A stretch of 33,227 nucleotides of DNA, from positions 1 to 33,227 of IMG/VR virus record IMGVR_UViG_3300030372_000108; one strand, written 5' to 3'. The notes under the pieces are model-generated. The model saw nothing but the letters and a program-made list of their open reading frames with translations, made no database searches and was not told where the DNA came from. A program made the position numbers and the translations under genes. Below, one piece after another: positions 1 through 7,130 of this stretch. This DNA comes from a virus (taxonomy: Duplodnaviria > Caudoviricetes). The stretch's first letter is position 1; the number at the start of each line of letters is the position of its first letter.

Positions 1-152
1 CTAAGTCATTGTTTTTATTTATTTCTTTTTACTTGTATATAGAAATAATTTCTATATCATTATATATATTAACAACTAGCAAAGGATTATAAAATGAAAT
101 ATCAAACATTCTTATTAATAGCATTGTTTCAATTTATACTAATATTACCAAT
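1..152. repeat. Left direct terminal repeat
   Basis: 1-152 matches 33075-33227 except for one extra A in the right copy (CTAGC vs CTAAGC). Confidence 0.95.
33..70 (+). promoter_or_regulatory. Putative sigma70 early promoter with overlapping inverted repeat
   Basis: TTGTAT (33-38), 16 nt, TATCAT (55-60); inverted repeat ATATAGAAAT-A-ATTTCTATAT (37-57) spans the spacer. Confidence 0.5.
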
Positions 153-267
153 TAGCTTTTATCTAATGACTATTGGCTTTGTTGGTCTATATTTTACATT
201 ACTAATGATTAGCAGTTTAATCGCTGTAATAGCTTTATACTATCCATTAATTAACATTAACGACTAA
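94..267 (+). CDS. 57-aa two-TM membrane protein (not in ORF track)
   Basis: MKYQTFLLIALFQFILILPISFYLMTIGFVGLYFTLLMISSLIAVIALYYPLININD*; AAAGGA RBS upstream. Confidence 0.75.
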   Translation: MKYQTFLLIALFQFILILPISFYLMTIGFVGLYFTLLMISSLIAVIALYYPLININD

Positions 268-284
268 TAGAAAAGGAAAAAACA

Positions 285-578
285 ATGAAAGTAACAAACA
301 TGACAAGTAACAAAGGCAATAAGATAGCAAATCAATTTATTGTATATGACGATAACAATAACAAATATTTCCAATCTTATAACTCTACTATCGTAAAGAT
401 AAGTAACTTTATAAAAAATAGTGATGGGTTGCCCTTATCATCAATAAGCCTTGATGAAAAATATTGGAACTACTCTACAACAACAAGTAAGTATAGAAAT
501 ATATTTCTTGAGGAAACAACCAAAGAAACACAGAAAAAAATAGACCAAGGTATTTATATTCTTACTAACCTAAATTAG
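285..578 (+). CDS. Conserved phage early protein, unknown function
   Basis: 97 aa; FQSYNS...YWNYSTTTSKY motif typical of small phage early proteins; AAAAGGA RBS. Confidence 0.8.
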   Translation: MKVTNMTSNKGNKIANQFIVYDDNNNKYFQSYNSTIVKISNFIKNSDGLPLSSISLDEKYWNYSTTTSKYRNIFLEETTKETQKKIDQGIYILTNLN

Positions 579-630
579 TCTTGTTACCCTTGTTAGTCTG
601 GCTTGACCAGACTAGCGAGAGCTACAAGCT
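577..630 (+). promoter_or_regulatory. Long imperfect intergenic hairpin (processing site or terminator)
   Basis: TAGTCTGG-CTTGA-CCAGACTA core (594-614), extended by CTTGT/ACAAG (580-584/624-628). Confidence 0.6.
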
Positions 631-658
631 CACAACCTAGCAACAGAAAGGCTATAAC

Positions 659-964
659 ATGAACGATTACATTAAATCTATTACAATACCTTACATAATT
701 ACTGCTGGACATGGTTATGTAAAAATATCTTACTACGATTTAAAAGGCTTTAATATAAAACTAAATCAGTTTTCTAATTTTAGCTTTTATAATCCTAACA
801 ATGCTTGTGTATATCTTGAAGAAGATTGTGATGCTAACAAGCTGGTAAAGCTTCTTGAAAGTAAAAAGATAAAAGTATCTTTTAAAGAAATAAGACAAGA
901 TAATTTTGTACCAGCAGAAAACAAAAACTTTTATTATTTAGATGAAGTAAAGGAACAATTCTAA
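659..964 (+). CDS. Conserved phage early protein (GHG...YLEEDCD motif)
   Basis: 101 aa; TAGHGY and YLEEDCDA motifs; GAAAGG RBS. Confidence 0.8.
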   Translation: MNDYIKSITIPYIITAGHGYVKISYYDLKGFNIKLNQFSNFSFYNPNNACVYLEEDCDANKLVKLLESKKIKVSFKEIRQDNFVPAENKNFYYLDEVKEQF

Positions 965-1066
965 ATGAAAAACATATTTAAATTAATAGCTACTAGCCTA
1001 ATAGAATTATTATTTTTATTCACTATTTTTGGTTATGCAATATTCATACTAATAATATTTAGCTAA
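965..1066 (+). CDS. 33-aa single-TM microprotein (not in ORF track)
   Basis: MKNIFKLIATSLIELLFLFTIFGYAIFILIIFS*; ATG directly follows the upstream stop; AAGGA upstream. Confidence 0.6.
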   Translation: MKNIFKLIATSLIELLFLFTIFGYAIFILIIFS

Positions 1067-1075
1067 CAAAAGATT

Positions 1076-1145
1076 TGTATAGGCTGGTTTTGTACCAGCT
1101 TATACATTAACAAGCCTGTAACAGGCTTAAAAAGGCACTAATGCC
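1076..1145 (+). promoter_or_regulatory. Tandem intergenic hairpins
   Basis: 13-bp stem TGTATAGGCTGGT/ACCAGCTTATACA (1076-1106); AAGCCTGT/ACAGGCTT (1112-1128); GGCA/TGCC (1134-1145). Confidence 0.6.
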
Positions 1146-1173
1146 ATAACTAGCAAAAGAGAAAGACAATAAC

Positions 1174-1404
1174 ATGACAAATCATGAACATTACACAAAA
1201 AAGAGAAAGAAAAAACAAGCTGAAAGAGCGAAGGCAATGAAATCCTTAACTGCTGAGCAGCTACAAGCAATCTTTAAAACTCACAGCACTTTAAAAGATG
1301 CAATAAGCATGATAACAGAGTGCCAGGATTTGTATTTATCTGACATAAGAAAGCTAGAGCAATGCTTTTGGGAAATACAAAACGAATTTAACTTAGAACA
1401 ATAA
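1174..1404 (+). CDS. Hypothetical early protein
   Basis: 76-aa ORF, basic N-terminus and helical C-terminus; purine-rich leader. Confidence 0.7.
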   Translation: MTNHEHYTKKRKKKQAERAKAMKSLTAEQLQAIFKTHSTLKDAISMITECQDLYLSDIRKLEQCFWEIQNEFNLEQ

Positions 1405-1411
1405 AATAAAA

Positions 1412-1440
1412 GGCGTTGCATACATGACAGATGCAACGCC
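1412..1440. terminator. GC-rich hairpin (terminator-like on - strand)
   Basis: GGCGTTGCAT/ATGCAACGCC 10-bp stem preceded by an A-run, which is a U-run on the - strand. Confidence 0.55.
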
Positions 1441-1470
1441 CTAACCTAGCAAAGGTAAGGAGATGTTACT

Positions 1471-1650
1471 ATGCAAATGACGAAAGAGCAATTTAAAACT
1501 ATCAGAACTCGATTACAATATACACAAAACGAGTTCGCAAATTTACTTGGAATAACAATAAGAATGATAAGTTATTACGAGTCAGGACAAAGACCAGTAA
1601 GTAAAACAGTTTCTATTTTAACGAATAGAATATATCAAGACGAGAAATAG
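1471..1650 (+). CDS. XRE/Cro-family helix-turn-helix regulator, 59 aa (not in ORF track)
   Basis: MQMTKEQFKTIRTRLQYTQNEFANLLGITIRMISYYESGQRPVS...; TQxxxAxxLG..YExG HTH pattern; AAGGAG RBS. Confidence 0.88.
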   Translation: MQMTKEQFKTIRTRLQYTQNEFANLLGITIRMISYYESGQRPVSKTVSILTNRIYQDEK

Positions 1651-1659
1651 GAGAGAAAC

Positions 1660-1872
1660 ATGACATTAATTACTTTTGAAATACAAGACGGAGAATATTC
1701 TTATGAACAATATAGCATATTCACAAAAGAATTGACTGAAAAAGAAATGATTGAAGAAGTTTATGGTATTGATGGAATTGATTATAGACAATGTAAAGTA
1801 ACATCTTCATCTAAAATAACAGATAAAGAAGCTAAGACACTTAGAAAATTTGGAATAGCTTACATAAATTAA
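1660..1872 (+). CDS. Hypothetical early protein
   Basis: 70-aa ORF with AGGAG RBS. Confidence 0.75.
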   Translation: MTLITFEIQDGEYSYEQYSIFTKELTEKEMIEEVYGIDGIDYRQCKVTSSSKITDKEAKTLRKFGIAYIN

Positions 1873-1894
1873 ATAAAAAAAGAGAGTCTATCTC

Positions 1895-1926
1895 TATCTA
1901 TGCACTGCTATAGCAGTGCATAGATA
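1895..1926. repeat. Perfect 32-bp palindrome at the convergence of two transcription units
   Basis: TATCTATGCACTGCTA|TAGCAGTGCATAGATA, no spacer. Confidence 0.95.
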
Positions 1927-2080
1927 TGTTAAAAGTTATACTATATTACAAACTCTAATATTTTTTTTAATTTTTATAGTTTACATTCATCTAAGCTAAG
2001 ATACATAAACTATGTTTTGCTCGTTGCCATACGGCTTTGCTTAGTCAGCATAGCTGATTATACGAGGGAGCAAAATTCTG

Positions 2081-2329
2081 TCAAGAAAATAATTTATCCT
2101 GGATATTCTTGCTTACATAACCATGCACAAAACGAGTTACATCTCTCATTCTTCTTTCACTATCTGTAAGCTCTGTATAGTACACCCAATAAGCCTCTAA
2201 AGTCATTCTTGCCATAGGTTCATTTACATTTGGCAATACATTCATAGCTAACAAAACATCTATATATTTTTCTTTTGTTTTGGATAGACGAGCTTGCTTT
2301 TTAAATATATGAAAATTATTTTTTGCCAT
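2081..2329 (-). CDS. Hypothetical protein
   Basis: Likely start MAKNN at 2329, a TAATG overlap with the upstream stop; ORF track extends to 2341. Confidence 0.7.
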   Translation of the reverse strand: MAKNNFHIFKKQARLSKTKEKYIDVLLAMNVLPNVNEPMARMTLEAYWVYYTELTDSERRMRDVTRFVHGYVSKNIQDKLFS

Positions 2330-3165
2330 TATCCTGTACACTCTCCACCATCAGCTTGACAGAAATAACCTTGTTGCTCAAACACCCAATCTTGTTGATT
2401 GAATACAAAGTCAGACAATGATGCTAAGTTTCTGTCTCTATTAAATTGTTTTCCAAATCTTTTTTCTGTGTTTAGCCACCATTCTGCACGTTCAGGATTC
2501 TCTTTCATCATCATAGCTAATTGAGATTCAGACTTTAAAAAACATAAATCACAGTTACCTTTTAAAGTTTTCCCACCAACAACAGGTAAATTTAGTTTGA
2601 ATGGTTGACTGCTCCAAAAGTTATTTACATCTACTAGTGTGTCATTAGCTTCATAGATAGGATAATAAGGATAGAATCCATCTCTATAATCTGTCTTGTA
2701 TCGCCTTGGTTCATCTGCTCTTATACCTAAAGCATGGTTCCATTTACTCCAACCTAAAGACTTTAAATATTTACCAGAAGTTTGTATCTTTAGAACACCT
2801 GTGCAGAACCTTTGCATAGCATTAGGTAGCCTACCATATTTATCAATTAACTTATCAAATGGTTCGCCATTACGACTAGCTGAGTTATGATTTACTTCTT
2901 TAAATGTATTCTTGCCATCAACCTCATCATATTCTAGCCATGTGATATTAACATTCCACCTATCAGAACACTCTTGAATAAAATCTAAAGTTTCATTCAT
3001 CTCTCTGCCTGTATTTGTAAAGATAATCTTAGCTCTGTTAGGCAATCCATTGTTAGCTTCAAGTATTTTGTAAAGCATATACCCACTAGTACGACCACCA
3101 CTAAAACTAATCTGCACATTTCCATTAGGTAATATGTAGTTATTCTTTGACATTGGCACACTCAT
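2329..3165 (-). CDS. PAPS-reductase-family (PP-loop) protein with Cys motifs
   Basis: SFSGGRTS PP-loop, NTGRE, RFCT..LK, GIRADEPRR, GNCDLCFLK, C-terminal CQADGGEC. Confidence 0.85.
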   Translation of the reverse strand: MSVPMSKNNYILPNGNVQISFSGGRTSGYMLYKILEANNGLPNRAKIIFTNTGREMNETLDFIQECSDRWNVNITWLEYDEVDGKNTFKEVNHNSASRNGEPFDKLIDKYGRLPNAMQRFCTGVLKIQTSGKYLKSLGWSKWNHALGIRADEPRRYKTDYRDGFYPYYPIYEANDTLVDVNNFWSSQPFKLNLPVVGGKTLKGNCDLCFLKSESQLAMMMKENPERAEWWLNTEKRFGKQFNRDRNLASLSDFVFNQQDWVFEQQGYFCQADGGECTG

Positions 3166-3406
3166 AACCTGTCATTACATAACCAATAATATCTTGCCAA
3201 CTATCTGTATGGTCAGGTGTTTCCATAAGTCTAGCTTGTTTTACGGCTATCATACAAAGAGCTACTTGTTCAGGTGTAACGTCAGTATCTAACAACACAG
3301 ACCATAGACGAGAAATACGAGTATGATTATCTACAATAGAACCATAGTCTTGTCCTCTGTCTTGTATAACATCAGCAGTTTTTTGTAATAATTCAAACTT
3401 ATCCAT
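3140..3406 (-). CDS. DUF6378-like phage protein
   Basis: DRGQDYG...N..RI..LWS..L and K.ARL....H.DSW.DI.GY motifs. Confidence 0.8.
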   Translation of the reverse strand: MDKFELLQKTADVIQDRGQDYGSIVDNHTRISRLWSVLLDTDVTPEQVALCMIAVKQARLMETPDHTDSWQDIIGYVMTGYECANVKE

Positions 3407-3785
3407 CTCTTTCCCTCACAATATAAAACCATGTATCTATATCAACCTCACAAACTAAGTCATGCCCAGCACTAAAGTTCCTCGACAGGACATCAAGAGA
3501 AATGACACATTTTATAGGAGAATTATTAAACTTGTATATCAATACAGGTGTTAATTTTAAGATCGCAGCAGATTCTTTTGTTTGTACCCACCAGCTAGGC
3601 TTAAACGTTGTGGCTTTTTTATAGGCTTTACATTCAATAGACCAGCCAGGAATAACAATGTCAGGTTGACCCTTTTCTTGATACTGAGATTGTATATTTC
3701 TCTTGGCATCATAGTTGAGGTTTTGTTTGATGAGTTTACAAACTTGTAATTCAAAAGTTGCTCCTTTCCTACGACTATCTGCCAT
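3399..3785 (-). CDS. Holliday junction resolvase (Hjc-like PD-(D/E)XK)
   Basis: SRRKG..FE, PDI, IECK motifs. Confidence 0.85.
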   Translation of the reverse strand: MADSRRKGATFELQVCKLIKQNLNYDAKRNIQSQYQEKGQPDIVIPGWSIECKAYKKATTFKPSWWVQTKESAAILKLTPVLIYKFNNSPIKCVISLDVLSRNFSAGHDLVCEVDIDTWFYIVRERDG

Positions 3786-3990
3786 CTATCATTCTCTCTT
3801 GCATTTGTTTGAGAAAGTCATTGGCAGTTACCTGACCAAGCGTGGCTAACTCAATCTTGTTCATAGTGTCAGGATTAGGAAACCTCTCTGACTTCACTAA
3901 CCTACAAATAGCTGAACGAGTTAACCCTGATTTGATGGCAAACTTGTTTTGTGTAAGTCTATTCTGTTTTATGTAATCAATTAATTTCAT
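3775..3990 (-). CDS. Cro-like helix-turn-helix regulator
   Basis: Probable start MKLIDYIK at 3990; LTQNKFA..SG..RSAI.RL...R.P...I..AT.GQVT.NDF is a Cro-like pattern. Confidence 0.88.
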   Translation of the reverse strand: MKLIDYIKQNRLTQNKFAIKSGLTRSAICRLVKSERFPNPDTMNKIELATLGQVTANDFLKQMQERMIDGR

Positions 3991-3996
3991 ACTGCT

Positions 3997-4025
3997 ATGA
4001 TATTTAGTTGTTGACAATCTGTCAA
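3997..4025 (-). promoter_or_regulatory. Leftward sigma70 promoter giving a leaderless mRNA
   Basis: TTGACA (4025-4020), 17 nt, TATCAT (4002-3997); predicted +1 falls on the ATG at 3990. Confidence 0.8.
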
Positions 4026-4072
4026 TTATAATTAAATAATATGTTGACAGTAAAGATTATAAAGCATAATCT
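4011..4072 (+). promoter_or_regulatory. Rightward sigma70 promoter(s)
   Basis: TTGACA (4044-4049), 17 nt, TAATCT (4067-4072); second TTGACA at 4011-4016 with AATAAT at 4035-4040. Confidence 0.65.
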
Positions 4073-4104
4073 AGTAATCAATAGCAAAGGAAATGAGGAT
4101 AGAC

Positions 4105-4245
4105 ATGGATAAAGAATATAAAAAATTATTAAAATCTTTAGAGGACATTACAGGTCAAATGGAAATGGAAAAGCTCACATTTGAACAAGCATTAGAAACA
4201 TTGAGGAGCATAACCAAGTACTATGAGGATAGGAAAGGACAATAA
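4105..4245 (+). CDS. 46-aa helical protein, weakly XseB-like (not in ORF track)
   Basis: MDKEYKKLLKSLEDITGQMEMEKLTFEQALETLRSITKYYEDRKGQ*; GAGG RBS. Confidence 0.7.
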   Translation: MDKEYKKLLKSLEDITGQMEMEKLTFEQALETLRSITKYYEDRKGQ

Positions 4246-4247
4246 TT

Positions 4248-5432
4248 ATGAATGTATTAAGTTGTTTTGATGGTGCAAGTTGCGGCCAATTAGCCTTACA
4301 AAAACTTGGAATAATTTTTAATGGAAAAGAAAACAATTACTTCGCCTCAGAGATAGATAAGTATGCAATACAAGTTACACAAGCAAATTTTCCCAACACA
4401 TTTCAATTAGGAGATATAAGAGATTTAGATCCTTATGAAGTATCTTGTTGGGATATTGACTTAATGATGGGTGGCAGTCCTTGTCAGGGATTTTCATTTG
4501 CTGGTAAACAACTTAATTTTAACGATCCAAGATCTAAATTGTTTTTTGATTTTATAAAACTAAGAGATATTGTTAAGCCTAAATATGTTTTATTAGAAAA
4601 TGTTAGAATGAAAAAAGAGTCAGAGGATATTATATCTGATTACATGGGTTGCAATCCAATAAGAATAAACTCATCACTATTGTCAGCACAAAGTCGAAAC
4701 AGATTATATTGGTTTGTTAAGTTAGTTGACGATAAATATGTACCAGTTAATGTTTACCAACCACAAGACAAAAGTATATTTATAAAAGATATTCTTGAAG
4801 AACTACCTTTTGGAGATATACCTAACTATCTTTCTAATCATTGGGGTGGAGAGCCAAGAGGTAACAAGGTTAAATCAATAGACGATCCTAAAGCAAACTG
4901 CCTTACTGCATCTATGTATAAAGGACAGATTCCAACATACATAAAAAAAATTATTCCAAAACAAAATCCAACAGTATCAAAGGATGGCCTCATAAGAGTT
5001 GGAAGTGCTGATCTCAATGGTCACGATTACTTAAAAAGAGTTTACTCTAGGCATGGCAAGGCTCCGACTTTAACAGCAAATGGTGGTGGCAACTTAGAGC
5101 CAAAGGTAGGCATAGCCAGGATTGTTAACAGAAGATTAGATGAAAACGGCACAAGAAAAGATTATCAACTTGAGCTGCCATTTACAAAAGTAATTGAGGT
5201 TAGACAAGATGACAAATCAAACTGCCTTACAACCTTACAAAAAGATAATGTTGTTGTGAAAGAAGAAGTTTATGCTTGGCGAAAGCTAACTCCACTTGAG
5301 TGTGAACGTCTACAAACCATGCCTGATAACTACACTAATCATGTGTCTAATAGTCAGCGATACAAGATGATAGGCAATGGTTGGACAGTAGATGTTATTG
5401 CTCACATATTGAAAGGAATACAACATGGCTGA
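4248..5432 (+). CDS. DNA (cytosine-5)-methyltransferase
   Basis: Motif I FDGASCG, IV GSPCQGFS, VI ENV, VIII QSRNR, IX RKLTP.ECERLQ, X YKMIGNG. Confidence 0.95.
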   Translation: MNVLSCFDGASCGQLALQKLGIIFNGKENNYFASEIDKYAIQVTQANFPNTFQLGDIRDLDPYEVSCWDIDLMMGGSPCQGFSFAGKQLNFNDPRSKLFFDFIKLRDIVKPKYVLLENVRMKKESEDIISDYMGCNPIRINSSLLSAQSRNRLYWFVKLVDDKYVPVNVYQPQDKSIFIKDILEELPFGDIPNYLSNHWGGEPRGNKVKSIDDPKANCLTASMYKGQIPTYIKKIIPKQNPTVSKDGLIRVGSADLNGHDYLKRVYSRHGKAPTLTANGGGNLEPKVGIARIVNRRLDENGTRKDYQLELPFTKVIEVRQDDKSNCLTTLQKDNVVVKEEVYAWRKLTPLECERLQTMPDNYTNHVSNSQRYKMIGNGWTVDVIAHILKGIQHG

Positions 5433-6315
5433 GATACCTGATTATAGATTAAACTTTGGTATGAAACACGAAAGTGCAAGTAACGGAACTATTACTAAAG
5501 ATGAAATGGTGCTGAAACATTACCTTAGAAAAGAACACAACATGAGCTTTCCTATGGCATCAAGACCAATATCAGGCATCAAAGTACAGACAGGTGTTGA
5601 TTGTGCTATGGGATTACATAACTTTAGTCCAATCAGAGGACAACAAGACCCTATGGAAATCAATGAGTCTGTTAGATATGCACTCACAGAGTATCAAGGC
5701 TACACACCTAGAACATGGGATAATGGCAAAGATGCAGAAGAATACGAGGAGTTTCGTGAGCATCTACCTGAAATGGTTAAGCACGCAGTTGATGGACTGC
5801 ACAAGTATTTTGAGGGTGTCAATCGTATTGAGGGTGAATCAATGAAGCAATTTGTTGAACCTAAGATAGATGTACCAATAGTTTTATATCAGGATTACTC
5901 AGGTGGTGGCAGACAGATAGATTTAAAATGCTCTCTACCTATGAGAAACCCACCAAAGAAAGATGGAACTAGGTCTTGGCGAGTACCTAAACCTAAAACA
6001 GAGCCATCAGCACAACAAGTTATGCAACAAGCAGTCTATTGGAAAGCTACAGGAGAGAAACCAGCTTTGTTATTTGTTACGGCATCAGGCTATAACATAG
6101 TAGACGAAACGAATTGTGAGCTTATGACAGAAGAAAGTCTGCAAAGAGCTTATGATGACATGGTACGTTCTTGGTTAGTCACTCAGAACTTACTAAAAGC
6201 AAGCAGAGGTTCATGGAAAACACTAGCTGGTATGGTTAATCCTGACATGGTGCAACTATCAGCAAGACATGGACCTAACATAACCAATCTAGCAAAACAA
6301 CTATGGGAGATTTGA
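5425..6315 (+). CDS. PD-(D/E)XK-superfamily exonuclease
   Basis: E...D...IDLK and Q(Q)AVY motifs; sits in the recombination module with SSAP and SSB. Confidence 0.7.
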   Translation: MAEIPDYRLNFGMKHESASNGTITKDEMVLKHYLRKEHNMSFPMASRPISGIKVQTGVDCAMGLHNFSPIRGQQDPMEINESVRYALTEYQGYTPRTWDNGKDAEEYEEFREHLPEMVKHAVDGLHKYFEGVNRIEGESMKQFVEPKIDVPIVLYQDYSGGGRQIDLKCSLPMRNPPKKDGTRSWRVPKPKTEPSAQQVMQQAVYWKATGEKPALLFVTASGYNIVDETNCELMTEESLQRAYDDMVRSWLVTQNLLKASRGSWKTLAGMVNPDMVQLSARHGPNITNLAKQLWEI

Positions 6316-6316
6316 C

Positions 6317-6676
6317 ATGACAAATCCAATAACATTAAGACGAAACAACGATCCTTACACTAGCCACGAAAGTGCTAACAAAGTAGAAGCAAATCAAATG
6401 GAAAAAATAGTGTGGGAAGTCATAGATTCTTTTGGCGAAACAGGGTGTATTTCAGATCAGGTGCAGTATGCTCTAGCACAATACCGATACAGCACGATTA
6501 CAGCACGCTACAAGGCACTAAAAGATAAAGGACTAGTGATTGTAGATGGAACGGCTATTAAAGGCGAGAGTGGCAGAAATCAGCAAAAGATGTGGAGTTC
6601 AAGACATTATCTACATAAATCTGTAACTGACGAAGATATTGCACAACATCAGGCAGAGGAAAGGGCAGGGATATGA
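6317..6676 (+). CDS. Winged-helix DNA-binding protein
   Basis: R.NDP.TSH..A N-terminus; ITARYKALKDKGLV...R.Q..W wing. Confidence 0.7.
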   Translation: MTNPITLRRNNDPYTSHESANKVEANQMEKIVWEVIDSFGETGCISDQVQYALAQYRYSTITARYKALKDKGLVIVDGTAIKGESGRNQQKMWSSRHYLHKSVTDEDIAQHQAEERAGI

Positions 6677-6948
6677 CTTTAAAGATAGAACAAAATATCC
6701 CAATACCCTCAAAGCAAAAAAATGGAAAACATATGGGCAAAGCAAGGCTTATGGATATTGGAGACAGCGTTTTTATAGAAGCTGTAAAAGCAGATATAGG
6801 ACAATTTGCTGACTATAATCGTGAAACAAGAAAGATAGCTATGAACTTTGCCAATGCTCTTAGACGGATTGGAATGAAATCTACCATGAGAATTGTAAGA
6901 GATGATGATAATGTGTTGCTTGGTTTCAGAGTATGGAGAGTAGAATGA
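6673..6948 (+). CDS. Small phage protein (IEQNIPIP...GDS...RVWRV family), putative DNA-binding
   Basis: Conserved motifs; ATGA overlap with the upstream gene. Confidence 0.75.
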   Translation: MTLKIEQNIPIPSKQKNGKHMGKARLMDIGDSVFIEAVKADIGQFADYNRETRKIAMNFANALRRIGMKSTMRIVRDDDNVLLGFRVWRVE

Positions 6949-7130
6949 TAAACGAATTAGTCAATAAATGGCAAAAACAAATGACTGATACTGAACAGTA
7001 TCATGCACAAGCTATAGATCTATTAGAGAAACGTATAGCTAAATTAGAGAATAAGCACAAAGTTGTTGCGGATCAAAACGTGGTGCTTATGGAAATGTTG
7101 AGTAAAATTATAAGAGGTAAAAATGAGTAA
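6945..7130 (+). CDS. Hypothetical coiled-coil protein
   Basis: Probable start at ATG 6945 (ATGA overlap, GGAG RBS). Confidence 0.65.
   Translation: MINELVNKWQKQMTDTEQYHAQAIDLLEKRIAKLENKHKVVADQNVVLMEMLSKIIRGKNE

Noticed and set aside
71-1460. TAGCAA repeats as a CRISPR or mini-array
   Set aside because: Repeats are about 10 bp, irregularly spaced and separated by genes.
2015-2075. Hammerhead ribozyme or c-di-GMP riboswitch
   Set aside because: CUGANGA/GAAA core is absent; only a short GCAAAGCC resemblance to the riboswitch.
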